Of a DNA stretch of 64,000 nucleotides, positions 10,715-20,899 are shown in pieces. Position 1 is the first letter of the stretch. Every line of letters begins with the position of its first letter. The stretch lies in NCBI GenBank assembly GCA_965228895.1, contig OZ245842.1:864001-928000 (forward strand), given 5' to 3'. The stretch is from Alphaproteobacteria bacterium. GTDB lineage: Bacteria > Pseudomonadota > Alphaproteobacteria > SP197. The notes beneath the pieces are model-generated. The model was not told where the DNA came from. It saw only the letters and a list, made by a program, of their open reading frames with translations, and did not search any database. The position numbers and the translations under genes are program-made.

Positions 10715-10891
10715 TCAGCCGGTACGCCTGGGGCGCCTCAGAAGCTCGCCGCCGCAATTGGGGCAGGTGCCGTCCATGGCGTGGTTGCAGGAATCGCAGA
10801 ACGTACACTCATAACTGCAGATATAGGCCTCGCCATCGGCTGCCAGCGCGGTCTGGCAGCGCTCGCAGGTAACGCGCATCTCAAGCGCCAT
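10715..10891 (-). CDS. DUF1272-like small Cys-rich protein (58 aa, absent from the ORF track)
   Basis: Hand translation: MALEMRVTCERCQTALAADGEAYICSYECTFCDSCNHAMDGTCPNCGGELLRRPRRTG, containing the ICSYECTFC and CPNCGGEL signatures. Confidence 0.85.
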   Translation of the reverse strand: MALEMRVTCERCQTALAADGEAYICSYECTFCDSCNHAMDGTCPNCGGELLRRPRRTG

Positions 10892-10914
10892 GGCGGGCGA
10901 TCAGCGCCGGGACG

Positions 10915-11331
10915 TCAGCGATAGAGTTCGTCCCACAGGAAAATCGTGGTGAGTTCATAGAGCAAGACGGCGAACAGCGTCATGGTCAGGATTTCAGCGG
11001 GATAGCAGCCCAGAACGTTGGTGCGCCCACCGCTATCGGTGCCGAACATGATGGTCGGGTGGCTCACCTCACCACGGTTGGCCAACACGTAGGCCAACAC
11101 CAGAATGCCGCCCAAGAAACCATAGAGCGCAACGCTTTCGAGACCGACCGCGTGGAGAATAGCGGGCGGGACGACCGAGAACATGAAGGCGAGCACCGCC
11201 ATCCAGTTGGGGTTCATTTCGGTCGGTTTGGCCAGCCCACGGCACAACACCGAAAGTACCAGGGCGAGCACGAAGCCCAGGGCCAGCAATGCCGCTACCG
11301 ATACGCCGCCAATTCCGCCTTCTTCTTCCAT
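10915..11331 (-). CDS. hypothetical membrane protein (about 4 TM)
   Basis: Several hydrophobic helices; ATG preceded by a purine-rich RBS-like sequence. Confidence 0.7.
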   Translation of the reverse strand: MEEEGGIGGVSVAALLALGFVLALVLSVLCRGLAKPTEMNPNWMAVLAFMFSVVPPAILHAVGLESVALYGFLGGILVLAYVLANRGEVSHPTIMFGTDSGGRTNVLGCYPAEILTMTLFAVLLYELTTIFLWDELYR

Positions 11332-11545
11332 CGTGTCTCTCCGGCTCTATTTCTTGATTACCGCGCCCCAGGACCGGTGCGCGATTATAGGTGGCCGTTG
11401 CAAGCGCTGGCAAGATGCGCCGTTTGGTGGGCCAGGGAGCGCGAGCGATGGGTCTTTCCAGGTGCCGAGATGGGGGTCTTGCCGCTGGGGCAGAGCAGGG
11501 GGTATGGTCCCGCGCCCTCGAACGAGGCCACGATACCCATCATGC

Positions 11546-11634
11546 GGAGGGGTGCCGGAGTGGTCGAACGGGGCGGTCTCGAAAACCGTTGTGCGCTCTG
11601 CGTACCGAGGGTTCGAATCCCTCCCCCTCCGCCA
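11546..11634 (+). tRNA. tRNA-Ser(CGA)
   Basis: Acceptor stem GGAGGGG/CCCCTCC, anticodon arm GCGGT-CT CGA AA-ACCGT, long variable arm, GGTTCGAATCC T-loop, encoded CCA. Confidence 0.96.
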
Positions 11635-11891
11635 TATTTTAAACAGTTGCTAATAAGGGATAAATTGATTGCCAGGGCCAGGCAATTTCATCCCACATTT
11701 CCGAGTCTTGGCCTGGCATCCGTTTGTCCACGAGGTTTCGGGAGACCGATCGGGTCCCACGCTTGTCAGCTCATAGCCTCAGTTATCTCTCAGGGTCGAT
11801 TTTTTGGTACCTGAAAGGGATGCGGTTTCGGGGTCTGTCTTAAGAGAGGTGCCTAGTACCTGAGAAGGCTAAGAATGACTTGAGAGATGTC

Positions 11892-13613
11892 TCAGTCGAT
11901 GCCCAGCCGTTCGCGCTGTTCGCCCCAGGTGAGAGGTAGGCGCGACGCGCTCTTGAGTGTCGACGCTTTCATATCCGCCGGCTGCGCACCGTTGGCGATT
12001 TTGGTGACGATGTCGGGTGCCAGATACGCGAGACGGAGCGCGCGTGTGAAGTAGGAACGCGTGACGCCCTCGTCCTTGCAGATGTCCATGATTGATCGAC
12101 CCCGGGCGTTCAGCAAGAGTTGGTGATAACGCTGGCCAGTCAGGACCAGTCGCACGAGGCTTCGGTCTGGTTTCGGCGCCGTTCTGAATGAGCCGCCGCC
12201 ATCGACAATCATCCGTGTTTCCATACCGGCGCGCTTGAGCCGCGCGGGGACGCTGAACAATCGCGTCGGACCATCCGTATCCGGAGGTTGGGTACACTCG
12301 CCAAGGCTCAAATCGGCAATCGCGTTCTGCCGGACCCGGATGTCGACCTGCTCAGACGTCACATCGATTCGGACAATCAGGGTCAGGAGAATTCGCCTCA
12401 ACTTGGCGGGTTCCAATCTCGACCACGCGATTGCAACTTCTCGAAGCCGCTCCATCAGCTGCTGTTGTTTCGCCGTATCTTGGGTTAGCGCCTGAATCGC
12501 TGCCAACGCGTTCTGCTCGTCCTCAATAAGCTGTTGCATGCACTCAATGACAATCCGCTCAATCTCGGCGGCTGGGGTTCGCCATCCCGTCTTTGATGTA
12601 CATTTTCGATCCGTCGTCAGGTGCCGCGATACGTAGTAACGGTAGCGCTTGCCGCTCTTTACCGCATGTGTCGGTGTCATGCGTTGACCGTCGCCGTCGA
12701 AGATCAGCCCGGTGAGCAGACTGGGATTGGAGGATTGCGAGCAAGTCCGGCGTTCGACCCGATTTCGGTCGAGCATCTCCTGCACAGCGTTCCACATGGG
12801 TTCGGGGACGATCGCCTTGTGAACGCCCGGATAACTTTCGCCCTTATGTGTGATCTCGCCCCGGTAAGTCCTGTTTTGGAGCAGATGGTAAAGCGCACCG
12901 CGATTGAATGGTTTGCCGCCTGTCCTCCGGCCGCTTTCGCTGACGCGCTCCTTGCTGACGACACCTTCGGCCCGAAGTACGTCCAGCAGGCTCAATACGG
13001 AGCCTAAGTCGACATAACGCTGGAAGATGTAGCGTACCGTTCGAGCTTCCTGCTCGTTGACGACAAGCTTGCGGGCTTCAACGTCGTAACCCAGAGGCGG
13101 CACACCGCCCATCCACATCCCCTTTTTCTTTGATGCCGCAATCTTGTCGCGGATGCGTTCTGCCGTGACCTCGCGCTCGAATTGGGCGAACGACAGCAGA
13201 ACGTTCAACGTCAGTCGTCCCATGGAGGTAGTGGTATTGAACTGCTGGGTGACCGAGACAAAGGAGACGCCGTGCTCGTCGAAGGTATCGACGATCTTGG
13301 CGAAGTCCGAGAGTGACCGGGTCAGGCGGTCAACCTTATAAACAACGACCACGTCGACACGTTTCGTCGAGACGTCATCAAGCAGCCGTTGCAAGGCCGC
13401 GCGATCCATGGTCGCGCCTGAGATACCGCCATCGTCGTAGTAGTCCGACAAGGCCGTCCAACCCTCGTGCTTCTGGCTGGCGATGTAGGCCTCACAGGCC
13501 TCGCGCTGAGCGTCGAGACTATTGAAGTCTTGTTCCAAGCCCTCTTCGTGGGACTTCCGCGTGTAGATCGCGCAGCGGAGAACGCGTGGAGGTGTTTCCT
13601 TGCTACGTGGCAT
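11892..13613 (-). CDS. large serine recombinase (resolvase + recombinase + zinc-ribbon-like domains)
   Basis: CAIYTRKS, DDGGISG, VYKVDRLTRS, FAQFERE, GGVPPLGY. Start trimmed to MPRSKE. Confidence 0.93.
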   Translation of the reverse strand: MPRSKETPPRVLRCAIYTRKSHEEGLEQDFNSLDAQREACEAYIASQKHEGWTALSDYYDDGGISGATMDRAALQRLLDDVSTKRVDVVVVYKVDRLTRSLSDFAKIVDTFDEHGVSFVSVTQQFNTTTSMGRLTLNVLLSFAQFEREVTAERIRDKIAASKKKGMWMGGVPPLGYDVEARKLVVNEQEARTVRYIFQRYVDLGSVLSLLDVLRAEGVVSKERVSESGRRTGGKPFNRGALYHLLQNRTYRGEITHKGESYPGVHKAIVPEPMWNAVQEMLDRNRVERRTCSQSSNPSLLTGLIFDGDGQRMTPTHAVKSGKRYRYYVSRHLTTDRKCTSKTGWRTPAAEIERIVIECMQQLIEDEQNALAAIQALTQDTAKQQQLMERLREVAIAWSRLEPAKLRRILLTLIVRIDVTSEQVDIRVRQNAIADLSLGECTQPPDTDGPTRLFSVPARLKRAGMETRMIVDGGGSFRTAPKPDRSLVRLVLTGQRYHQLLLNARGRSIMDICKDEGVTRSYFTRALRLAYLAPDIVTKIANGAQPADMKASTLKSASRLPLTWGEQRERLGID

Positions 13614-14112
13614 GGATTTGCTCGCGCCGGCGCCCGGCCAGACCGAAGAACCTTGGCCCTGACCACCGGACGCCGGTAATCTCGCGTGCGATCGCGGAGA
13701 GGGATTGATAGCGTTTTCCGTTGTACTCAAAGCCTTCCTCAAGAACGGTGACCGTGTAGGCCTTGGCCCGCCATTCGCGAACAACTTTGGCGCCGGGCTT
13801 GAGGGTAGGACCTGTGACGAAAGCGCCGCGTTTGCCTTCGTTCAGGTAGCCTGCCATCGTTTTGAGTCTGCGTTTCGTCGATTGGCTCAGGCCACCAAGC
13901 GCCTGTTCCTGAAGTTTGTAGCTAATGCCTCGACTAAGAAGGTCCCGACTCATGCCCCGAGGCGTGGGCACGTTGAATACTCTTGCCCAGTGTTTGCGCA
14001 ACTCGGGCATCGACAGGTCGCCAAGTGCCATGATCTGGCGTTCCATTTCTGATGGATGAGATGTCGCCGGGGTATTACCGGAGACTCTACTGGGGATCAG
14101 TCCTCCGTTCAT
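13603..14112 (-). CDS. DUF2924 family protein
   Basis: YKLQEQALGGL, VREWR, YQSLSAIAREITGVRWSGPRFFGL. Typical partner of the recombinase. Confidence 0.88.
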   Translation of the reverse strand: MNGGLIPSRVSGNTPATSHPSEMERQIMALGDLSMPELRKHWARVFNVPTPRGMSRDLLSRGISYKLQEQALGGLSQSTKRRLKTMAGYLNEGKRGAFVTGPTLKPGAKVVREWRAKAYTVTVLEEGFEYNGKRYQSLSAIAREITGVRWSGPRFFGLAGRRREQIHAT

Positions 14113-14324
14113 TGCGTGGCATCCTCACTGATGCGATAGACGCTCACACCCGCGTCATTCTGCGTACGCGTGATGTCATAGCCATTCTTTCTGAGATCGG
14201 TGAGGGAAGCTCGCACACTATGCGGCTGCCAGCCGGTCGGTTTCTGAAGCTGGGCAATGGTCGCGCCTTGCCGGCGCTTCAAGAGCTTGAGAATGGTTGC
14301 AGTTTTCGTGGTTCTGGCGGTCAT
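14109..14324 (-). CDS. DUF3489 family winged-helix protein
   Basis: LLKRRQGATIAQL..TGWQPHSVRA signature; GGAGG RBS. Confidence 0.87.
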   Translation of the reverse strand: MTARTTKTATILKLLKRRQGATIAQLQKPTGWQPHSVRASLTDLRKNGYDITRTQNDAGVSVYRISEDATQ

Positions 14325-14459
14325 GTTTGCCTCCGTTCTAGGCGCCTCACGGATTGCGAAGCGCTTCCACCGCACTAGGCCCGGCCAAATGCAAGATCAG
14401 GTCCGGGCGGGTGGTGATCGGAGGTCCTGGATAGACCTTTGAGCGTTCACCGCACGCTC

Positions 14460-14492
14460 ACAGTACTGCTCTGTTGAGCGCCAAAGTCCAGT
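14460..14492 (-). promoter_or_regulatory. island promoter-like motif, copy 1 (ACTGGACT-N14-AGC)
   Basis: The same 33-nt spaced motif occurs at 14764-14796 and 45167-45199, each upstream of a minus-strand gene. Confidence 0.55.
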
Positions 14493-14518
14493 TGTTTGCG
14501 ATTGGAAAGGCGGGGCGT

Positions 14519-14734
14519 CTAGCAACTCGTTTTCTTAACCTGTTCGACCAGCTCTCGGATGACGTCTGCCAGGACCTCAAGGTCGTGTGTTGCCGATAGG
14601 AGGCGCCTAACCGCCGCTAGATAAGCCGCTGGACTTTTGTCATGAGCCTGGCCATCGCACGAGGCAAGGTGTGCCGCTTCGGCAAGCGATGTTGCCGTTG
14701 CGAACAACCGCGTGATGATCTCGCGCTGGCTCAT
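14519..14734 (-). CDS. small helical hypothetical protein, copy 1
   Basis: Clear paralog at 44913-45137 (RLFATATS.AEAAH...SATHDLE). Confidence 0.7.
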   Translation of the reverse strand: MSQREIITRLFATATSLAEAAHLASCDGQAHDKSPAAYLAAVRRLLSATHDLEVLADVIRELVEQVKKTSC

Positions 14735-14763
14735 GACCAAGGTGTCGCTCCACGATTGGGAAA

Positions 14764-14796
14764 CCACTGACGCTTCCTTTGGGCAAAGAGTCCAGT
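14764..14796 (-). promoter_or_regulatory. island promoter-like motif, copy 2
   Basis: ccactgac-GCT-N14-AGTCCAGT on the + strand. Confidence 0.55.
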
Positions 14797-14886
14797 CTTC
14801 CGTTCACGCACTTATGCTTCCGATCGTGTGAGGAGATCCCGACGATAAGTGCACATTCGGTCAGGCCTCCATTGGTCGGAGAACTC

Positions 14887-15843
14887 TCACCCGACCTTCT
14901 GGATCAGCCAGTTGAAGAGCCCTGCGTCCAGCGCCAGTTCTGAGAGACGCTCGGGTCCGACTAATGTCACCCGTGGATCCTCCGTCGCTACCGGACCGGA
15001 TGCCGTATCGTAGGCATAGAACATACGGGCACCGGGAACCTCGTCCATACGCGCGACGTAGTCGTCGACTTGGCTTTGGCTGGTCGCAGACTTGACCTGA
15101 ACGAAGGCGTGTTCGCCGGTGCTGGGATGCTCCAGCTCGATGTCGACTGTCCGTTGCGTACTGCCTGTCTCACCGACCTGGCGCCAGCCGCTTTGCACAA
15201 AGACGAGGTCGACCACAAGCTCAAAGTCCTGACAGGTCAGGTGGTTCATGAGTGCCTGAATGGACGCTAGTGCTGTGGCCCTGGCCGCCTTGGCTTTGCC
15301 GATCACTGGCAAATCCTCGTCGTTGATCTTGGCGAGGAGATGGTCGAGCGTGCCGACATCGCAGATGGTCGCCCGATAGGCGGCAGTGCGAGTTAGTCGG
15401 CCGTTGAGCTCTCGCTGGCGCAGAGGGCGGCCGCCGATGCTGGCGCTGTGCCAGCTGTCCACGGTCCGGCGCAGCCGGCTGCCGTCAGGGAATGCCTCGC
15501 GGTCGTGACCCAGGAGTTCGACCTCGGGCTTGGCCTGGCACCACCACAGATGCCCGTTGTGGAAGGTGATCCAAACCGTGTCAGCGGGTGCATGGTAGAA
15601 GTCGATGACTTGGCGGGCTTGATCCGACGCCGCCCCTTTGGCTAGCCCGAGATTGCGATAGGTCTCCCTGATGCCGTTTCTATTGCCGGCAAGGGCCATT
15701 TCGTGTGGTGCCTCGTAGTACGCAAGCCGCAGCGCACCGTCTTCGAGGCAGAGCTCCTCCCAAGCGCCGCCTTCGCCGAGTTTGATGAACTTCGCCGAAG
15801 ATGCGCTGACGCCCTGGCTTGACGATGGTGGTGCCGTATCCAT
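14887..15843 (-). CDS. Mrr-like restriction endonuclease family protein, copy 1
   Basis: C-terminal DFE.VV...GW...VDIEL...FVQVKS (D..QxK) motif. Paralog at 45288-46244. Confidence 0.75.
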   Translation of the reverse strand: MDTAPPSSSQGVSASSAKFIKLGEGGAWEELCLEDGALRLAYYEAPHEMALAGNRNGIRETYRNLGLAKGAASDQARQVIDFYHAPADTVWITFHNGHLWWCQAKPEVELLGHDREAFPDGSRLRRTVDSWHSASIGGRPLRQRELNGRLTRTAAYRATICDVGTLDHLLAKINDEDLPVIGKAKAARATALASIQALMNHLTCQDFELVVDLVFVQSGWRQVGETGSTQRTVDIELEHPSTGEHAFVQVKSATSQSQVDDYVARMDEVPGARMFYAYDTASGPVATEDPRVTLVGPERLSELALDAGLFNWLIQKVG

Positions 15844-16375
15844 ACGCCAAGACAGCCGTGGCACGTCCGCGAAGTCAACGACAATGAGGCCCCGACAGTT
15901 TCCCGATGTTTCTGTTGAAGGGCAGACGACCTGACAAGTTCATAGAGCGCCAGGAGCGCGTTAATCATAGAACTGTGCGAAACGAGCATGGCGTCGATCT
16001 ACGCAAGCTAACCGATGAACAGCTTCATACTTTGTCCGGCATCGCTAGATCGTTATCAATACCGAAGGAATCTACGTGACTGGTGTTAAATTTGATCTGC
16101 TCGATCCATTAGGCTGAGTGGTTGCACGAAGGCGCCAGCGAATTCTGCGACTGAAAACTAGTTTCTGTAGGCGGTTTCCAACGGTGACACTCTTCCGCTT
16201 ATCCGATTGGGGCGAATGTCTCAAATGGCCGCAGAGACGTAATGGTGCTTGGCGCGCTCTAGGTCCAGATGCGTGTCGTCAGGAGGTCCAAATGATCGCG
16301 TTCTTCAAAAACCTGTTGCGCGGTTCAAGCAATGGTGAGAATTGACCCAGAGCATACGCCTTGCACGAGAATTCT

Positions 16376-17124
16376 ATGCTTTACCAACCATTCGAAGGGC
16401 CACTCCTGAAGGTTGAACGAGCAAAAAGCCACATTGAAAGCTTAAGCATAACTTTGTCACGGTATAATGAACGCGTCGAGTACGGCTTCATTGAGGTTAG
16501 CCAGCCGAACCCGGGAATAGTCGAGCTCAGGTTCGAGTTCTCCGAACCGCCTCCCAATGACTTGCCACTTCTAATTGGTGACGCGATTCACAATTTGCGG
16601 TCAGCACTTGACCTCATGGTGTGCGATATTGCGCGCACTCGAAATGCCGATGCGGAAAAGTAGCATTTGCATTTGCGAGCAGTGAAGAGACATTTTCGAA
16701 AGCAGTTCGGGATCGCGACGTCCGAAAGCTAGGCGAGGATCTTGTCGAAAAAATCACCGCGTTGAAACCGTATGGTAGCGGAAATCGAGTGCTCTATGCG
16801 ATCAATGCTCTGGATATCACCGACAAGCACAAGATGGTGATGCCAGTCTTTCAGGCTGTTCCTTTCGCTGAGCTTAAGCTCGGAAGTTTCGGGGTTGGTG
16901 GCACCGCATTCATGATCCCGGGTGCCACTATCCATGTTAGGCGTGGTGTGCCAATCCAAATGCGACGCAAAGGAAACGTGATAGCTGTTTTTCTTGGAGA
17001 CTCACTACTGCCCCTTGAGCCAGAAATGGAGAGGCTCAACGAAATGTCGCTAGTGGTTGCCGATGTCATCAGATCGTTTAGGCAACATGTTTGCCCTAGA
17101 AGTGCAGGCGCGGCGCCCCGGTAA
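16376..17124 (+). pseudogene. frameshifted hypothetical protein (GDAIHNLRSALD...TDKHK family)
   Basis: ORFs 16361-16663 and 16621-17124 join into one protein if a single A is added at GAAAAG-TAG (about 16655-16663). Confidence 0.65.
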
Positions 17125-17224
17125 CGGCGCAGTTGACTCAGGCAAGCTCAGTTCGCACGATGGCCTGCTCTGGCTAATCGGTCCGATCCGAATATTAGCT
17201 CATGATGTGCATTTCGTCCGCCGG

Positions 17225-17430
17225 GACGTTGGTTCCTGGTGCTTGCAGACTGTAGCCAGGCACCGAGTGAGGCCGCATCGTTTTGCGCTAGGACTCACAC
17301 GTCTCAGTGATGGTTCAGGTCTCCCTAGGGCGTAGAAGATCTCGCCGTTGAGTAGCCCCTCGCGAAAGCGGCTATCAAAGCTCTGAATTAGACATTCTCC
17401 CAAGGTGGGCGTGGCTCGACATAGGTTGTC
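17225..17430 (-). pseudogene. IS3-family transposase OrfB (rve) remnant
   Basis: Degenerate YVEP.PWEN / SFDSRFREGLLNGEIFY / RPHS..GY segments with stops and frameshifts. Confidence 0.65.
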
Positions 17431-17751
17431 ATGGCTCCGGCAGGTTGATCGGTGTCCGCCCGGCTTCGGCGACGAAAACGCTGCTACAGTCGCTATTGCT
17501 TCGCTACCTAGTCTTCCGGTTGCGTCCGAATCGAGCTATACTACCTGGCATCTGGGTCGGATGGCTCGCTCGAATGGAAAATGACGGTTGATACTTAGTC
17601 CTTTCTGTGCGGATGGAGTTCGCCGAGGCAGCCGCAGAATAAATGGGGCTTCGCACCAAGTGTTGGGGACGTATATGAACAGCTGCCCATGTTAGGAGGC
17701 GTCCGAGGCAGATAGAAAGCCGCATAGACCTGATTTGGGGGAGGTTTTGCG

Positions 17752-18495
17752 ATGAAGCTAAGAGGGGTCCTTGCATTTCTGTGCATCACACTGGCTGCGT
17801 GCGAGGCGGTACCAAACACGGGTTTAAATGGTGCGAGTTGGGCCTCGGTGAGTTCAACAAATGACCCGGGCGTGTATCGGGACTTCGACACCCAAGCGGT
17901 TTTTGATGGGACGGACCAGGTTGGGGAGGCAATGTTCCGAAGCACTCATCCCGGCGCGAGCGATGGAGGGCTAGGGACAACAGACTGGGTCTATGTTCGT
18001 ACGGTAGAGCTTGATTACGCTGCAATTGTTTCCGGCGCGTACAACCTATCGCCAGAAATAGTCAGGTTCTTTCGGGAGTGCGCACCGGCCCTCGATCCGA
18101 CCAATCCTGAGGATCAGTTCCGTTCAGGCCGTCTGGGCGACACGCCTGATGCACGTCTGGTTTTGACGCGTGTCACTTGGCGCACCGAAATCGGACCAGG
18201 GCCGCAGATCTACTCGACGGCTCGTGTGGCCGATGCAAATCTACAGGTATTCGGTGCCAGCGCTAAGCTGCAGCGTCCCCTGTCTCTCAGCGTGCTGCTC
18301 TCAGTTGAGCCGGGTCGGAGCTTTGAGCCAGCATCTCCGATTATTAATCGGACTGTCAGCAACATCCGCACCGGAGACGTCACAGCAAACTGCACGGACC
18401 AAACCCTCGAGACGGCGCACATCGCAATTGGAGAGTCCGGCTGGTTCCCCGGAGGGGATGTTTACAACATCGTTGTGGAGATCATCGAGGAATGA
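17752..18495 (+). CDS. putative lipoprotein, unknown function
   Basis: GGAGG RBS, lipobox LAAC, ATGA overlap with the next gene. Confidence 0.75.
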   Translation: MKLRGVLAFLCITLAACEAVPNTGLNGASWASVSSTNDPGVYRDFDTQAVFDGTDQVGEAMFRSTHPGASDGGLGTTDWVYVRTVELDYAAIVSGAYNLSPEIVRFFRECAPALDPTNPEDQFRSGRLGDTPDARLVLTRVTWRTEIGPGPQIYSTARVADANLQVFGASAKLQRPLSLSVLLSVEPGRSFEPASPIINRTVSNIRTGDVTANCTDQTLETAHIAIGESGWFPGGDVYNIVVEIIEE

Positions 18496-18821
18496 GTTTT
18501 GCGACGTCGTCACAGCAGCCCGGTTCCCCCTTGAACTTCCGTGTCCGCGTTAGCAAGGCAAAGGGCGACAAGGCCCTTTGGGGTGGCGCAGGCATAGATA
18601 ATCCTCTAACTGGCACAGATGCCTACATTTTGGTTCGCGTGGATGAGCGGGGAGAGCCGATCGAGCTTTTCAAGCAGCCTACGCGCGGTTCACCACCGAA
18701 GCTAGTAGCAAAACTTGAGCCTGGCGAGACTTTCCTCGTGGCAATCGACAAGGCCGTTGCCATCACGGCACGCTGCGCGAAAGACACTTTCGTGGACTGT
18801 GCTTTCGTAGCTAAGGGTTGA
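18492..18821 (+). CDS. hypothetical protein (109 aa, beta-rich)
   Basis: Translationally coupled within the + strand operon. Confidence 0.7.
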   Translation: MSFATSSQQPGSPLNFRVRVSKAKGDKALWGGAGIDNPLTGTDAYILVRVDERGEPIELFKQPTRGSPPKLVAKLEPGETFLVAIDKAVAITARCAKDTFVDCAFVAKG

Positions 18822-18830
18822 GAGGAACAA

Positions 18831-20216
18831 ATGACGATTCAGGCAAAGGTCCGCACTCTGCGTGCTCGCGCAAGCCAATCCGCGGATCTGAGTTTCAACA
18901 TGGCGGGCGTTATCGCAGCGCGGAACTATGATTTCGCGACAGACAATGGAACGGCTCATCTTGGTAAGGTGGCGCTCCGGTTCGACATTAAGACAAACTT
19001 GTACGATCACTTGGGGGAAACAGAACCTGGGTCCGGACCGATCATCGCAAATTCGCGACTGAAGTATGGTGCAGGGTCGATTGCGCAACTCTTCATATCG
19101 CCGAAAGGGTCTAATCCAGCACCGTACCTGTTTGAACTGCGGAACGAAACGCTTGGAGCTGCCCTCGATCAGGCAATCTCCAAACGAGAGAACGCCTATT
19201 TGGAGAGGTACAGACATGTAGCGCAAATTGCGGCTAGGCTGCGGCACAGCTACCCTGAGATCACGAAACATTTGACTAACCTCGTCGCTAACACGCAGGC
19301 GCGGTTTGACGCACTCGACGCAGAGTACGCAACTGATGGGATTGCAGTACGAAAGGCGACAGTCAGCGAGCAGTCTGTGAGTGCTGACTATGCGGTTCAA
19401 ACAGAAAACGTGACCAAGTCAACGACATTGGCGACCTGGAACTCAACCATGCCGAATGGCAATCCTTCCGGCGACGCAATGATTACTGAAATCAAGGATC
19501 CGGATGGCAAGGTGCTTCAGAAGCACGAGACGCCAAATGCCGGCAGTCTCCCTCGGATTCTGAACGCTGCAGGGCAATGGGAGTTAGTAAGTACTCCGGA
19601 CTTCACCAGCCAGAAGGTCGAGGCAAAAACCACCTCAGATGGGAAGCAAATCACCGAGACATTCGATGCGCGATACGCCCACCCGCGATTGGAAAATGAA
19701 ATTGAGTATCGCCAGGCCAGTCAAGCGCTCCATAGTGAACTGATCAAACAGGAACTCGCCACTCATAGATTGCCGCATCTAGAGCGGATCATGGAGAATG
19801 AGCTGAAGGCGATAGATCTCGAGATTCGGTCCCTTCAGTTGAACTTCGCTCACACCTACCTAACTGCTCCGTTCGACGGAGTGGTAACAGCCCTTTACAA
19901 AGATATCGGAGAGAGCGTGGAGGCCGGTGAACCAATACTTCGTCTCGAGAACGACACTGTGCTTCTAATTGTTGGCCAGGTGCAGGCCGTAGGCTCTGTT
20001 CGACTTGGTGCCCAAGTGACAATTACATTCGACCTGGATGACACTGGCGCAATGAAGCAATTGCCTGGCCACATCGTTTCGGTTCGCGGCCATGAGGCCG
20101 ACAACGACGAGTGGGACCTGATAATACAAGCTGATAACCCTGCTGACGGTGGGGGACGGCTGGTGCCCCTCAACTATCAGTTCGATCCTGATTCCTCGGT
20201 TGTGGTCATCATGTAA
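18831..20216 (+). CDS. HlyD/membrane-fusion-protein-like protein with a large insertion
   Basis: Split lipoyl halves (ADLSFNMAGVI; LTAPFDGVVTALYKDIGESVEAGEPIL), coiled coil, GAGG RBS. No N-terminal TM. Confidence 0.7.
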   Translation: MTIQAKVRTLRARASQSADLSFNMAGVIAARNYDFATDNGTAHLGKVALRFDIKTNLYDHLGETEPGSGPIIANSRLKYGAGSIAQLFISPKGSNPAPYLFELRNETLGAALDQAISKRENAYLERYRHVAQIAARLRHSYPEITKHLTNLVANTQARFDALDAEYATDGIAVRKATVSEQSVSADYAVQTENVTKSTTLATWNSTMPNGNPSGDAMITEIKDPDGKVLQKHETPNAGSLPRILNAAGQWELVSTPDFTSQKVEAKTTSDGKQITETFDARYAHPRLENEIEYRQASQALHSELIKQELATHRLPHLERIMENELKAIDLEIRSLQLNFAHTYLTAPFDGVVTALYKDIGESVEAGEPILRLENDTVLLIVGQVQAVGSVRLGAQVTITFDLDDTGAMKQLPGHIVSVRGHEADNDEWDLIIQADNPADGGGRLVPLNYQFDPDSSVVVIM

Positions 20217-20899
20217 TGTCAGTACCGCGTCCAAACCCCCCACGTTTGTGGGGGAGTAACCCCACTGAATTGGAGGAATCGCGCGGTGTCACAAACTTGA
20301 GGTTAACTTGGGACCGCGTCGCAGGGGCTTCAGGTTACGACTTGAGAATTGATGGCGGGACTATAATGCCGGTGCAGCCTGACGTAACACCAGGCGGGTT
20401 CGGTCCCAATACCCTTCACAGCTTTGAAGTGCGAGCTAAAGTCGGAACCGACGTCTCTCTGTGGTCAGGGGCATTCGAAACGGTGACACGCCCGCCAACT
20501 CCAACTCTGCCCAAACAAGATGCGGCAAGTGTGAGTATCTGGGGTGTGGCCCTTTTGTGGAATGAAAGCGCGAGCCTTCCCGGTGCATACATTGATGTTT
20601 GGCGAAGGTTGGGAGGCGTCGAAAACAGGCTCAACGAAGGCCAGCCATTACCACTTCTTGGCGGTTGGCTCGATGAAACAGACCCCTCGATGTCCGATAA
20701 GGCATTCTGGTTGCAGTTGGTCGTGCCGGCTTTATCGGTTCCGGGTGACCGGCTACCTGGCGATAACGTCTCATTTTTTGGCCCTGAGATCCAATTGAGT
20801 GGGCCGGTTGTTCGCCGCGCGGTAATCCCTCCGCGCAGTGTTCGGTCTTCCGATCAATTATGGCATCGACAGTACGGTCGTGCAGGACGGCTGTTGTGA
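20216..20899 (+). CDS. fibronectin type III-like domain protein
   Basis: LTWDRVAGASGYDLRID...PNTLHSFEVRA...SLWS FN3 pattern. Stop/start overlap TAATG. Confidence 0.65.
   Translation: MSVPRPNPPRLWGSNPTELEESRGVTNLRLTWDRVAGASGYDLRIDGGTIMPVQPDVTPGGFGPNTLHSFEVRAKVGTDVSLWSGAFETVTRPPTPTLPKQDAASVSIWGVALLWNESASLPGAYIDVWRRLGGVENRLNEGQPLPLLGGWLDETDPSMSDKAFWLQLVVPALSVPGDRLPGDNVSFFGPEIQLSGPVVRRAVIPPRSVRSSDQLWHRQYGRAGRLL

Noticed and set aside
11610-11634. attR direct repeat of the tRNA-Ser 3' end
   Set aside because: No second copy noticed by eye in the window; the boundary is probably further right.
13614-13784. N-terminal extension of the recombinase given in the ORF track
   Set aside because: It overlaps the DUF2924 gene; the recombinase domain begins just after the ATG at 13613.
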